64,000 nucleotides of DNA from Pseudomonadota bacterium (GTDB lineage Bacteria > Pseudomonadota > Gammaproteobacteria > Steroidobacterales > Steroidobacteraceae), in NCBI GenBank assembly GCA_021780475.1, contig JAJXYR010000044.1, positions 2,722-66,721 on the forward strand. The letters are read 5' to 3'. The stretch's first letter is position 1; each line of letters starts with the position of its first letter. Shown in pieces: positions 1-12,362 of this stretch. The notes under the pieces were generated by a model that saw nothing but the letters and a program-made list of their open reading frames with translations, had not been told where the DNA came from and made no database searches. The translations under genes were made by a program, and so were the position numbers.

Positions 1-692
1 AGGAGGGCCCCAGTCACCGCCGACGGTTTTTGGATTGGGGCGTGTTCCACGTGGAACCAAAATTCTTTGAGCACTGGCAGCGTTACCGTCAGGCGTTGAG
101 CCAACGCAACGCCGCACTGAAGGCGGGCCAGCGTGAGGAGTTGATACGGATTTGGAATCCAGAGCTCCTGGAAGCCGGAGTCGAGATCGCGGGTGCCAGG
201 GATCGATATCTGCGGTCATTCGCACCCTATGCAGCGGAGTCGATCAAGCGCCTGCTAGGGTTGGAGCTGGAGTTGCAATATCGTCCCGGCTGGAATCAAG
301 AATTTTCCTTTGACGAGGGGCTGCGCCGGAGCGAAGTCTTGGATCGCCAACGTGGTGCGACGCAGATTGGTCCCCATCGAGCCGATCTCCTCATTCGGAT
401 GGACGGTAGCCTGGCGCGCGAACGCATCTCGCGAGGCCAACAGAAGTTGGTGGCGGCAGCCCTGCTCGTCGCGCAGCTTCGTTGTTTTCCAAACAAGACC
501 CCGGTGCGACCGACGCTATTATTGGATGATCCGGCAGCGGAACTCGACGCGGAGCATCTACAGCGGCTGATTGACGAGGTGGGTCTCGTCGAAACCCAGT
601 TGGTCATTACGACGCTGGACGACAACTTCCCGGCTTTTGGTCAACCTGGGGCACGATTTCGGCTAGCGCAGGGAATATTGATGTCGCCTTAG
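1..692 (+). CDS. recF: DNA replication/repair protein RecF, C-terminal part (5' end lies outside the window)
   Basis: The frame is open to the window edge (codons from nt 3 read ..RRRFLDWGVFHVEP..). The M shown at 30 is an internal TTG. RecF-like C-terminal half with LLLDDPAAELD, directly upstream of gyrB as in dnaA-dnaN-recF-gyrB operons. Confidence 0.9.
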   Translation, partial: EGPSHRRRFLDWGVFHVEPKFFEHWQRYRQALSQRNAALKAGQREELIRIWNPELLEAGVEIAGARDRYLRSFAPYAAESIKRLLGLELELQYRPGWNQEFSFDEGLRRSEVLDRQRGATQIGPHRADLLIRMDGSLARERISRGQQKLVAAALLVAQLRCFPNKTPVRPTLLLDDPAAELDAEHLQRLIDEVGLVETQLVITTLDDNFPAFGQPGARFRLAQGILMSP

Positions 693-764
693 TGCGATTC
701 CCGATGTTCCACGTGGAACAATGCCAGCACAATATCGGGACCGTAGCCCAAGCAGTTGATTTAA

Positions 765-3257
<2,493 letters not shown>

Positions 3258-3258
3258 C

Positions 3259-3282
3259 AAGTCGCCGCGAAGGCGGCGACTT
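3259..3282. terminator. GC-rich hairpin between convergent gyrB and plsC (possible bidirectional terminator)
   Basis: Perfect 10-bp stem AAGTCGCCGC / GCGGCGACTT with GAAG loop, placed right after the gyrB stop and 4 nt before the plsC stop. There is no clear U-tract. Confidence 0.4.
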
Positions 3283-3285
3283 CCG

Positions 3286-4029
3286 TCACGCGCCGGCTCC
3301 GGCAATCGCGCCGCGCGCCGAGCGTTCTTCGATCCGCGCCAATCCGGCCTCGATCGCCCGTCGCACTTCCTCGTTGAGTTGACGCGGCTCCTTGCCGGCG
3401 GGATCGATCGGCGAGCCGATGATCACCTGGATCGTGCCGCGCTTCTTCAAGAAGCCGCGGCGCGGCCAAAAGGCGCCGGCATTGTGCGAGATCGGCACGA
3501 TCAGCTTGCCGGTGGTCTGAGCGAGCAGCGCGCCGCTGACGCCGTATTTTCGCTGCTGTCCGGCGACCACCCGCGTTCCCTCGGGAAATATGATGACCCA
3601 TAGCCCATCGGCGAGTCGGCTTGCGCCCTGCTCGACCACTTGGCTCACGGCCCGATGGCCGGCTCCACGGTTGATTGCAATCGGGCGTAGTCTCTTCAAT
3701 CCCCACCCCATGAAGGGAATCCACAATAATTCGCGCTTCAAGACCCACACTTGCGGCGGAAAAAGCACGAACGGAGCCACTGTTTCCCACGCAGACGTAT
3801 GATTGCTCATCGCGATGTGATTGCCCGCCGGGATGTGTTCACGGCCCTCCACCACATATCCCAAGCCGCAGAGCCGCTGCAGCACCCACAACAGCCAACG
3901 CGCCCAGGTGCGCGCCAGCCCGAACTGTTGCCGGTACGGCAGCCAAAAGCAGATTCCCATCACCGCGCCGCAGACGCACGCGGAGACCATCATGTAGGTG
4001 GTGAATATCAGCGAGCGTAGGTACTGCAT
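3286..4029 (-). CDS. plsC: 1-acyl-sn-glycerol-3-phosphate acyltransferase family protein
   Basis: 247 aa with an N-terminal TM segment and acyltransferase motifs NHTSAWE (NHxxxxD/E block) and FPEGTR. Confidence 0.85.
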   Translation of the reverse strand: MQYLRSLIFTTYMMVSACVCGAVMGICFWLPYRQQFGLARTWARWLLWVLQRLCGLGYVVEGREHIPAGNHIAMSNHTSAWETVAPFVLFPPQVWVLKRELLWIPFMGWGLKRLRPIAINRGAGHRAVSQVVEQGASRLADGLWVIIFPEGTRVVAGQQRKYGVSGALLAQTTGKLIVPISHNAGAFWPRRGFLKKRGTIQVIIGSPIDPAGKEPRQLNEEVRRAIEAGLARIEERSARGAIAGAGA

Positions 4030-4038
4030 CTGCCCCGC

Positions 4039-6105
4039 TCAGCCCGGCAGCCGTGATAGATCGGCGACTGCGCCGATCAGCGATGCCGCGTCCCGCAGCA
4101 AGGCCAGCCGGTTCTCGCGCAGTGCGCGATTCTCATCCATGACCATCACGCCGTCGAAGAATCCGTCGATGTCGGCGCGCAGGCCGAGCGCGAGCCGCAG
4201 ACATTCGGCGTAATCCCGTCGCTCGAGCGCGCCCCGAACCGACGGCGCGAGGCGAACCGCCGTCTGATGCAACCGCCCCTCGGCCGCTTCGACGAACAGC
4301 CGCGGATCAACAGCGACCGCAAGATCGACCGCGGTCTTGCGCAGCAAGTTGCCGATGCGTTTGTTCGCCGCGGTCAACACCGTGGCGTCCTCATGCGCCA
4401 GAAATTCCCGCAACGCGCCGAGTCGTGCGACAACATCCACCGGCGAGCGCGACGCGGTCGCGAGCACCGCCTCCACCATTTCGCTGGTGGTGCCGTCGCC
4501 GCGCTCGATCAGCAGACCGCGCAGCCGGTCCAGTATGAACGCATCGGCCTCGGCCGCCGCGCGATCGCGAGCCACCGGCTGCGCCGCCGCGGAGGCCTCG
4601 ATCAACGCGGTCAAATCCAGATCGAGCGGCGTCTCCAGCAGGATACGCAGCACGCCGAGCGCGGCGCGCCGCAGCCCGAACGGATCGCGGGTTCCGGTCG
4701 GCTTTTGATCGATCGCAAATATGCCCACCAGGGTATCAATCTTGTCCGCCAGCGCGAGCGTCCGCCCGAGTGGCGTCGCCGGCAGCGCATCGCCGGCGAA
4801 TCGCGGCCGATACTGCTCCTCGAGCGCGCAGGCGACCGCGGGATCCTCGCCGGCCGCCGTTGCGTAGTGGCGGCCCATCGTGCCCTGCAATTCGGGAAAT
4901 TCGCCGACCATCGCCGTCATCAGGTCGGCCTTCGCCAGATCCGCCGCGCGCCCGAAATGCTCCCCGGCGCCGATCAACGACGCGATCCGGCCGCCGAGCG
5001 CCCGGATGCGGGCCGTCTTGTCGGCGTAGCTGCCGAGTTTGCCCTGGAATGTGACGCCGCCGAGTTTGGCCGCGTAGGCGTCGAGGGAGTGTTTGCGGTC
5101 CTGGTCCCAAAAAAAAGAGGCATCGCTCAAACGCGGCCGCACCACCCGCTCGTTCCCCTCCCGCACTTTCGACGGGTCGCGGCTCGCCAGGTTGCTCACG
5201 GTGATGAACCATGCGCTCAAGCTGCCGTCCGCCATCTCCACCGGAAAGTAGCGTTGGTGGTCCTGCACGGTCGCGATGATGACCTCGCGCGGCAGCGCCA
5301 AAAAGCGCTCCTCGAAGCGACCGGCGACGGGCACCGGCCACTCGACCAATGCGGTCACTTCGTCCAGAAGCGCCGCATCCACCAGCGCGCGTCCGCCGAG
5401 CGAGGAGGCGGTTTCGGCCACGGACGCACGGATCAATTCGCGCCGTTCCTCGAAATCCGCGATCACCTTCGCGCGCCGCAGCGCGTCTTGGTAACCACGC
5501 GCCGTCCGCAAGGCGATCGGACCCGGCGCGTGGAAACGGTGCCCGAAGGAATGGCGGCCGGTGCGCACGCCGAGAATCTCGCACGGCACGACTTCGGCGC
5601 CGAACAACAGCACGGCGTTATGCACCGGCCGCAGGAATTCCACGGTGCCGGCGCCCCAGCGCATGCGCTTCGGTATCGGCAGCGCGGCGAGCGCCCGGCT
5701 CACGATCGCGCCCAAGAGCGACGTCGTGGGCACGCCCTTTTCAGTCCCGTGATACGCGAGCCACGTGCCCTTGTCCGTCGACAGCAGCGTGAGCTCGGCC
5801 GGCGTCACGCCGCAGCTCTTCGCGAAGGCGAGCGCCGCCTGCGTCGGTTGACCGTCCGGCGCGTAGGCGTTGCTCTTCGGTGGACCACGACGTTCGACCG
5901 GTCGGTCGGGTTGCTGGCCCGCGCAGCCCTCGATGAGTACCGCGAGCCGCCGTGGCGTCGCGAAGCGCCGGACGGCGCCGTGGCCGATACCTGCCGCATC
6001 GAGCCCCGCCGCGAGGTTGTCGGCAAGCGCCGTGGACAGGCCGAGCAGGCCGCGAGGCGGCAACTCTTCCGCGCCGAGTTCGAACAATAGATCGCGCTTC
6101 TTCAT
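4039..6105 (-). CDS. glyS: glycine--tRNA ligase beta subunit
   Basis: 688 aa, N-terminus [16 protein letters not shown] typical of GlyS. Its start overlaps the glyQ stop (TGATG). Confidence 0.95.
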   Translation of the reverse strand: MKKRDLLFELGAEELPPRGLLGLSTALADNLAAGLDAAGIGHGAVRRFATPRRLAVLIEGCAGQQPDRPVERRGPPKSNAYAPDGQPTQAALAFAKSCGVTPAELTLLSTDKGTWLAYHGTEKGVPTTSLLGAIVSRALAALPIPKRMRWGAGTVEFLRPVHNAVLLFGAEVVPCEILGVRTGRHSFGHRFHAPGPIALRTARGYQDALRRAKVIADFEERRELIRASVAETASSLGGRALVDAALLDEVTALVEWPVPVAGRFEERFLALPREVIIATVQDHQRYFPVEMADGSLSAWFITVSNLASRDPSKVREGNERVVRPRLSDASFFWDQDRKHSLDAYAAKLGGVTFQGKLGSYADKTARIRALGGRIASLIGAGEHFGRAADLAKADLMTAMVGEFPELQGTMGRHYATAAGEDPAVACALEEQYRPRFAGDALPATPLGRTLALADKIDTLVGIFAIDQKPTGTRDPFGLRRAALGVLRILLETPLDLDLTALIEASAAAQPVARDRAAAEADAFILDRLRGLLIERGDGTTSEMVEAVLATASRSPVDVVARLGALREFLAHEDATVLTAANKRIGNLLRKTAVDLAVAVDPRLFVEAAEGRLHQTAVRLAPSVRGALERRDYAECLRLALGLRADIDGFFDGVMVMDENRALRENRLALLRDAASLIGAVADLSRLPG

Positions 6106-7043
6106 CAGGCGGCCTGCCCGGCAGGCAGGCCGCGCAGCAGCGGAAAGCCGAGCGCCTCCCGGCTTTGCCGATACCCATCCGCGACGGCGCGCGCGAGCGT
6201 GCGCACGCGCAAGATGTACCGCTGCCGTTCGGTTACCGAAACGGCGTGCCGGGCATCGAGCAGATTGAAGCTGTGCGACGCGCGAATCATCTGTTCATAA
6301 GCCGGGAGCACCAAGCGCTCTTCGATCAGGCGCGTACACGCGCTCTCGTGTCCCTCGAACGCACGCAACAACAACTCCGTGTCCGCTTTCTCGAAATTAT
6401 AAGCCGACTGCTCGACCTCGTTTTGGTGGAAGACGTCGCCGTAGGTGATCCTGCGATCCAGGCACTCCGACCAGACGATGTCGAAGATGCTTTCGACCCC
6501 CTGGATGTACATGGCCAATCGTTCCAAGCCATAGGCGATTTCCCCCATGACCGGGCGGCAGTCGAGGCCGCCAACCTGCTGGAAGTACGTGAATTGCGTG
6601 ATTTCCATGCCATTCAGCCAGACTTCCCAACCCAGGCCCCAGGCGCCGAGTGTCGGCGACTCCCAGTTGTCTTCGACGAAGCGGATGTCATGGGTCAACA
6701 GGTCGAAGCCCAGCGCGCGCAGCGAGCCCAGGTACAGCTCCTGGAAATCTTCCGGCGAGGGCTTCATGACCACCTGGAACTGATAATAGTGCTGCAGCCG
6801 GAACGGATTGTCGCCATAGCGACCGTCGGTCGGCCGGCGCGACGGCTGTACATAGGCGGCGTTCCAGGGTTCGGGGCCGACCGCACGCAGAAAAGTGGCC
6901 GGATGGAAGGTTCCGGCTCCCATCTCCATATCGTACGGCTGCAGGATCACGCAGCCCTGGTCGGACCAATAGCGCTGCAGCGCGAAGATCAAATCCTGAA
7001 AGGTGCGCGGTGGCGAAACGGCTTGTGCCATGAACATGCTCAC
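6105..7043 (-). CDS. glyQ: glycine--tRNA ligase alpha subunit
   Basis: 312 aa with [18 protein letters not shown], very close to the E. coli GlyQ N-terminus. Class II aaRS alpha subunit, followed by glyS. Confidence 0.95.
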   Translation of the reverse strand: MSMFMAQAVSPPRTFQDLIFALQRYWSDQGCVILQPYDMEMGAGTFHPATFLRAVGPEPWNAAYVQPSRRPTDGRYGDNPFRLQHYYQFQVVMKPSPEDFQELYLGSLRALGFDLLTHDIRFVEDNWESPTLGAWGLGWEVWLNGMEITQFTYFQQVGGLDCRPVMGEIAYGLERLAMYIQGVESIFDIVWSECLDRRITYGDVFHQNEVEQSAYNFEKADTELLLRAFEGHESACTRLIEERLVLPAYEQMIRASHSFNLLDARHAVSVTERQRYILRVRTLARAVADGYRQSREALGFPLLRGLPAGQAA

Positions 7044-7214
7044 GATGGAGAAAAAGCGATCGAGTATAGCGAGGCATCACGCACGCCGCCCCTCCTGGCA
7101 TAGCCCGCACGATTATGATGCGCCAAATCGGCTGTCCGCCTTATTTTGGTGCATACTTGACCCCGATCCTCATGACCGCCGGCGCAAGTGCTTGATCCGC
7201 AATGCCCCAGAATG

Positions 7215-7230
7215 TGGCACGGTAGCTGCA
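7215..7230 (+). promoter_or_regulatory. sigma-54 (-24/-12) promoter of glnA
   Basis: TGGCACGGTAGCTGCA has GG-N10-GC spacing identical to the TGGCAC-N5-TTGCA consensus. It lies 67 nt upstream of the glnA ATG, and ntrBC is encoded downstream. Confidence 0.6.
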
Positions 7231-7296
7231 TTACCTCGTCACCCCGGAGCCCTGGCCGGACTCGACACCGTCCTTTACCGTACTTGGAGGAGAATC

Positions 7297-8706
7297 ATGA
7301 CTCCCGCTGATGTTCTGAAATTGATTCAAGAGAAAGACGCGAAATTCGCCGATCTTCGTTTTACCGACACGATCGGTAAAGAGCAGCACGTGACCGTGCC
7401 GACGCGCTTGGTCGACGAAGGCTTCTTTCAGGACGGCAAGATGTTCGACGGATCGTCGATCGCCGGATGGAAGGGTATCAACGAGTCCGACATGATCCTG
7501 ATGCCCGACCCGTCGACGGCGGTCCTCGATCCCTTCTACGAAGAGGCCACCGTCAACATCCGTTGCGATGTGATCGAGCCGACGACGATGCAGGGCTACG
7601 GACGCGACCCGCGCTCGCTCGCCAAGCGCGCCGAAGCTTATTTGAAATCGACGGGGATCGCCGACAGCGCCTTGTTCGGACCGGAGAATGAGTTCTTCAT
7701 CTTCGACACCGTGACGGTGAACGTCGGCATGAATGGTTGCGCGTACGAGGTCGACGCCTACGAAGGCGCCTGGAACTCGGGCAAGCACTACGAGGATGGG
7801 AACAAGGGACACCGCCCGGGCGTGAAGGGCGGCTACTTCCCCGTGCCTCCGACCGATTCGCAGCAGGACATCCGCACCGCGATGTCGCTCGCCTGCGAGG
7901 AGATGGGCCTGAAATTCGAGGTTCATCATCACGAGGTCGCGACCGCCGGCCAGGGCGAGATCAACGTGGCGGCGAACACGCTGACCAAGAAGGCCGACGA
8001 GGTCCAGATCCTGAAATACGCGCTGCAAAATGTCGCGCATAACTACGGGAAGACCCTGACGTTCATGCCGAAGCCGATCGTCGGCGACAACGGCAACGGC
8101 ATGCATGTCCATCAATCCCTGCAAAAGGATGGCAAGGCCCTGTTCGCCGGCGACAAATACGGCGGCCTGTCGGACATCGCGCTGTACTACATCGGCGGCA
8201 TCATCAAACACGCCCGTGCGATCAACGCCTTCACCAATGCGAGCACCAACAGCTACAAGCGGCTCGTGCCCGGCTTCGAGGCGCCGGTGAAACTCGCCTA
8301 CTCCGCGCGCAACCGTTCGGCGTCGATCCGCATTCCCTGGATTTCCAATCCGAAGGGCCGACGTATCGAGGTGCGGTTCCCGGACGCGACCGCGAACCCG
8401 TACTTCGCGTTCGCCGCGATGCTGCTGGCCGGGCTCGACGGCATTCAGAACAAGATCCACCCCGGCGATCCCGCCGACAAGGACTTGTATGACCTGGAAC
8501 CCGAGGAAGACAAGAAGATTCCGACGGTATGCCATTCGCTGGACATGGCGCTGGATTACCTCGACAAGGATCGGGCGTTCCTGAAGGTCGGCGGCGTGTT
8601 CACGGACGACCTGATCGACGCGTACATCGACCTGAAAATGAAGGATGTGACCCGTCTGCGCATGACGACGCATCCGATCGAGCTGGAGATGTACTACAGT
8701 CTTTGA
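7297..8706 (+). CDS. glnA: glutamine synthetase type I
   Basis: The ORF 7003-8706 contains a GS-I sequence starting at [24 protein letters not shown] (ATG 7297), preceded by GGAGGA at 7287-7292. The adenylylation-region motif NLYDLPPEE appears here as DLYDLEPEE. Confidence 0.95.
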   Translation: MTPADVLKLIQEKDAKFADLRFTDTIGKEQHVTVPTRLVDEGFFQDGKMFDGSSIAGWKGINESDMILMPDPSTAVLDPFYEEATVNIRCDVIEPTTMQGYGRDPRSLAKRAEAYLKSTGIADSALFGPENEFFIFDTVTVNVGMNGCAYEVDAYEGAWNSGKHYEDGNKGHRPGVKGGYFPVPPTDSQQDIRTAMSLACEEMGLKFEVHHHEVATAGQGEINVAANTLTKKADEVQILKYALQNVAHNYGKTLTFMPKPIVGDNGNGMHVHQSLQKDGKALFAGDKYGGLSDIALYYIGGIIKHARAINAFTNASTNSYKRLVPGFEAPVKLAYSARNRSASIRIPWISNPKGRRIEVRFPDATANPYFAFAAMLLAGLDGIQNKIHPGDPADKDLYDLEPEEDKKIPTVCHSLDMALDYLDKDRAFLKVGGVFTDDLIDAYIDLKMKDVTRLRMTTHPIELEMYYSL

Positions 8707-8739
8707 TGAACCCGTTCGGCTAGGGTTCGAGCCCCTGAA

Positions 8740-8766
8740 GGTGACGGCGGTCACGCCGCCGTCACC
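8740..8766 (+). terminator. hairpin downstream of glnA (possible intrinsic terminator)
   Basis: 11-bp perfect stem GGTGACGGCGG / CCGCCGTCACC with a 5-nt loop, 34 nt after the glnA stop, followed by a partly T-rich tract (TGGCTTTGTGG). Confidence 0.4.
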
Positions 8767-8808
8767 TGGCTTTGTGGCCGGGAGGCGATAGGACTATGCT
8801 CTCGAGTC

Positions 8809-9345
8809 ATGCACCATTGGCGGCCACTGTTCGCGCTGGGAATGTTCGTCTGCACGGCGTGTCCGGCCGCGGTCATTTACAAATGGACCGATGCGTCGGG
8901 AATCATCCATTACGCCGACCAGCCGGTGCCCGGAGCGCAGCGCATCGAAATCGTTGCCGATGTGCCGACCCACGGTACGCCGTCGCCGCCGGCGGAGACC
9001 GCGGCCCCGGGCCGGCCGAGTGCGCCCCCCGCAGCCGTTCCCTACACCGCGTTCGCCATCACCTCGCCCGCGCCCGAACAAGCTTTCGTCAGCATCGACG
9101 TGCCGGTACAGCTGTCCCTGCAGCCGAAATTGCAGCCCGCTCACGCGCTCGTGTGGACATTGAACGGCAGCACACTGACGGCCGACGCCGGCCTGACGAG
9201 CTTTTCCCTGGCCGATCTGCCGCGGGGTGCTTACACCTTGAGCGCGGCCATCGTGGATCGCGCGAGCGGCACCACGCAGAACAGCGCCTCGGTGATCTTC
9301 TATGTACACCGTCCGTCGCTGTTGATGCCGCACCACAAACACTGA
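8809..9345 (+). CDS. DUF4124-like secreted protein
   Basis: 178 aa with a signal peptide, then the motif IYKWTDASGIIHYADQP characteristic of DUF4124. It sits between glnA and ntrB. Confidence 0.6.
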   Translation: MHHWRPLFALGMFVCTACPAAVIYKWTDASGIIHYADQPVPGAQRIEIVADVPTHGTPSPPAETAAPGRPSAPPAAVPYTAFAITSPAPEQAFVSIDVPVQLSLQPKLQPAHALVWTLNGSTLTADAGLTSFSLADLPRGAYTLSAAIVDRASGTTQNSASVIFYVHRPSLLMPHHKH

Positions 9346-9378
9346 GTCCGGCGGGCCGCCCGCGGTCCGTGAATCCAC

Positions 9379-10467
9379 ATGGCGGCTGAACTGCGGTCGA
9401 CCGCGCTCGGTCTTCGCGGCACGGACGTGCTCGATGCGCTGCTGACCAGCGTGTTCGTACTGAATCCGCAACTGCAGGTGACCTACCTGAACGCGGCCGC
9501 GCAGACCCTGGTCGGGCTCGGCCCGAATCAGGCGCTAGGGCGCGGGATCGGTGAATTGATGCGCGGCACCGACCCTCTCCTCCCGTTGTTCGAACGCGCG
9601 CTCGCCGGCGGCGAAGGCGTCGTTCAGCGCGAACTCGCCTGGCACGGACCGGTCGGGTTCGACCGGATACTCGACTGTGCCGTGACCGAGGTGTCGATCG
9701 ACGCGGATGCGAGGATCCTGCTCGAGATAGAGGACATCACCCAGCACCGGCGCCTGACGCGGGAGACCGCGCTGCTCGCCCAGTTGGACGGCAGCCGTTT
9801 GATGGTGCGGCAGCTCGCGCACGAGATCAAGAATCCACTGGGTGGCCTGCGCGGGGCGGCCCAGCTCCTCGAGCGCGAACTGCTCGATCCGGCGCTGCGC
9901 GAATACACGCGCGTCATCATCAGCGAAGCGGACCGGCTCACCGGCCTGCTCGACTCGATGCTCGGGCCCGGCCGACCGCCGGCGAAACAGCGGACCAACG
10001 TGCATGAAATGCTGGAACGGGTTCACCGGCTGTTGCGCAGCGAGGCGGCCCCCGGCGTGACGGTCGACCGGGACTACGATCCGAGTCTGCCGCCGCTGAT
10101 CGTCGACCCCAATCACATCATTCAGGCGATGTTGAATCTCGGCCGCAACGCGCTCCAAGCCCTGTCGGGCGGCGCGACCGCCGAGCCGCGCCTGGTGCTC
10201 AGGACGCGCGCGGCGACCAACGTCAACGTCGGCTCCAAACGCCACCGGCTCGTCGCCTCCGTCCAGTTCGAGGACAACGGGCCGGGCGTGCCGGCTGAGA
10301 TCCGGGACACGATTTTCTATCCCCTGGTCTCCGGACGCGACGGCGGATCCGGATTGGGCCTCGGCATCGCCCAGGACCTGGTGAGCCGTCACGGCGGTCT
10401 CATCGAATTCGACAGTGAGCCTGGCCGCACCGTCTTCACGATCTCCCTGCCCATGGACTCCGTATGA
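9379..10467 (+). CDS. glnL: nitrogen regulation sensor histidine kinase NtrB
   Basis: 362 aa with a PAS-like N-terminus, H-box LAHEIKNPLGG and HATPase N/G boxes (LNLGRNA, DNGPGV, GSGLGL). The stop overlaps the ntrC start (ATGA). Confidence 0.9.
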   Translation: MAAELRSTALGLRGTDVLDALLTSVFVLNPQLQVTYLNAAAQTLVGLGPNQALGRGIGELMRGTDPLLPLFERALAGGEGVVQRELAWHGPVGFDRILDCAVTEVSIDADARILLEIEDITQHRRLTRETALLAQLDGSRLMVRQLAHEIKNPLGGLRGAAQLLERELLDPALREYTRVIISEADRLTGLLDSMLGPGRPPAKQRTNVHEMLERVHRLLRSEAAPGVTVDRDYDPSLPPLIVDPNHIIQAMLNLGRNALQALSGGATAEPRLVLRTRAATNVNVGSKRHRLVASVQFEDNGPGVPAEIRDTIFYPLVSGRDGGSGLGLGIAQDLVSRHGGLIEFDSEPGRTVFTISLPMDSV

Positions 10468-11870
10468 ACGCAAAGCCCTTACGCGTATGGCTGGTCGACG
10501 ACGACGCCTCGATCCGCTGGGTGCTCGAGAAGGCGCTGAAGAGCGGCGGCATGCTCGCCAAGAGCTTCGACCAGGCCGACACCGTGCTCGCCGCCCTGCG
10601 CACCGATACTCCGGATGTGCTGATGACGGACATCCGCATGCCCGGCCGCAGCGGTCTCGACGTGCTCAAGGAGATTCAGGGCACGAGACCCGGCCTGCCG
10701 GTGATCGTGATGACCGCGCATTCCGATCTGGACGCCGCGGTCGCGGCGTATCAGGGTGGCGCGTTCGAATATCTGCCGAAGCCCTTCGACATCGACAAGG
10801 CAGTCGACCTGGTGCGCCGCGCCGCGCACCAGGCGACGATCGCGAACGATGCCGAAACAGCCCGTGGATCGATACCCGAACTGCTCGGACAAGCCGCGGC
10901 CATGCAACAAGTTTTCCGCGCGATCGGCCGGCTGTCGCGCTCCAGCATGACGGTGCTGATCACCGGTGAATCGGGCACCGGCAAGGAACTCGTCGCCCGC
11001 GCGCTGCACCGTCACAGCCCGCGGTCCAGCAAGGCCTTCGTGGCCCTGAACACCGCCGCCTTCACGGCCGATCTGCTCGAGTCGGAGCTGTTCGGTCACG
11101 AGAAGGGTGCGTTTACCGGCGCCGATGGGCTGCGCCGTGGCCGCTTCGAGCAGGCCGACGGCGGTACGCTGTTCCTGGACGAAATCGGCGACATGTCACC
11201 CGCGCTGCAGACGCGGCTGCTGCGCGTGCTCGCGGAAGGGGAGTTCTATCGGGTCGGCGGTCAGATTCCGGTCAAGGTCGACGTTCGCGTGATCGCGGCG
11301 ACTCATCAGGAACTCGAGGCTCGCGTCGTCTCCGGACAGTTTCGCGAGGACTTGCTGCACCGGCTCAACGTGATCCGGATCGAAATCCCGCCATTACGGG
11401 AGCGGCGCGAGGACATCCCGGAACTCTTGCGGCACTATCTCGCGCTCGCCGGCCAGGAGCTCGGCGTCGAGCCGAAGTTGCTGATGCCTTCCGCCGAAAC
11501 CGCACTGGTCGCCTTCGACTGGCCGGGCAACGTCCGCCAGCTCGTCAATGCCTGCAGGCGCCTGACGGTGACGGCGCCCGGCCGCGAAATTCGCGCCGAG
11601 GACATTCCGCAGGACTTGGGCGGAATCCACGGCGGCGCCGCGCCGACGCAGGACTGGGCATTGAAGTTGACGCACTGGGCCGAACAAGAACTCGACGCCG
11701 GCACGCAGCGGCTCCTCGACCATGCGGTTCCGGAAGTCGAACGGATCCTGATCCGCGTCGCATTGCGAAAGGCCGAGGGCATGAAGCAGGAGGCCGCGAA
11801 ACTGCTCGGCTGGGGCCGCAACACTTTGACGCGGAAGATGAAGGAACTCGGCATGGAAGACGCCGCCTGA
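10464..11870 (+). CDS. glnG: nitrogen regulation response regulator NtrC (sigma-54 activator)
   Basis: 468 aa with receiver domain ([10 protein letters not shown].., D in TDIRMPG), AAA+ sigma-54 interaction domain ([26 protein letters not shown]) and a C-terminal HTH. Confidence 0.92.
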   Translation: MNAKPLRVWLVDDDASIRWVLEKALKSGGMLAKSFDQADTVLAALRTDTPDVLMTDIRMPGRSGLDVLKEIQGTRPGLPVIVMTAHSDLDAAVAAYQGGAFEYLPKPFDIDKAVDLVRRAAHQATIANDAETARGSIPELLGQAAAMQQVFRAIGRLSRSSMTVLITGESGTGKELVARALHRHSPRSSKAFVALNTAAFTADLLESELFGHEKGAFTGADGLRRGRFEQADGGTLFLDEIGDMSPALQTRLLRVLAEGEFYRVGGQIPVKVDVRVIAATHQELEARVVSGQFREDLLHRLNVIRIEIPPLRERREDIPELLRHYLALAGQELGVEPKLLMPSAETALVAFDWPGNVRQLVNACRRLTVTAPGREIRAEDIPQDLGGIHGGAAPTQDWALKLTHWAEQELDAGTQRLLDHAVPEVERILIRVALRKAEGMKQEAAKLLGWGRNTLTRKMKELGMEDAA

Positions 11871-11894
11871 GCGCAGGCTGAGCGCGCCCCGCCG

Positions 11895-12356
11895 GTGTTG
11901 CACGTCATCCTGTTCGAACCGGAGATTCCGCCGAATACCGGCAACGCGATCCGGCTGTGCGCGAATACCGGCGCGACGCTGCACCTGGTGAAGCCGCTGG
12001 GCTTTCGGCTGGACGACAAGAGCTTGCGCCGCTCCGGACTCGATTATCACGATCTTGCGGCGCTGAAGGTCCACGCCGATCTGGACGCCTGTCTGGGAGA
12101 TTTGGGCGATGCCCGGGTGTTCGCCGTCGAGACCTGCGGTGAGCGCCGCTACGACGAGGTGGAATTCCGCGCCGGCGACGCGCTGCTGTTCGGCCCGGAA
12201 ACGCGCGGTTTGCCGCCGGCGGCGCTCGCGCGCATCGACGCGGCGCGCACGCTGCGCATACCGATGCACGCCGCATCGCGCAGCATCAATCTGTCCAATG
12301 CGGTGGCCATCGTCGTTTACGAGGCCTGGCGCCAGCGCGGTTTTCCGGCGCGCTGA
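11895..12356 (+). CDS. trmL: tRNA (cytidine/uridine-2'-O-)-methyltransferase TrmL
   Basis: 153 aa SpoU/TrmH-type small methyltransferase (ILFEPEIPPNTGNAIRLCANTG, LLFGPETRGLP, SLNLSNAVAIVVYEA-like end). GTG start. Confidence 0.85.
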   Translation: MLHVILFEPEIPPNTGNAIRLCANTGATLHLVKPLGFRLDDKSLRRSGLDYHDLAALKVHADLDACLGDLGDARVFAVETCGERRYDEVEFRAGDALLFGPETRGLPPAALARIDAARTLRIPMHAASRSINLSNAVAIVVYEAWRQRGFPAR

Positions 12357-12362
12357 CCGTGT

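Noticed and set aside
7093-7107. Second sigma-54-like element TGGCATAGCCCGCA upstream of glnA
   Set aside because: The GG-to-GC spacing is 8 nt rather than the required 10, so it is not a functional -24/-12 arrangement.
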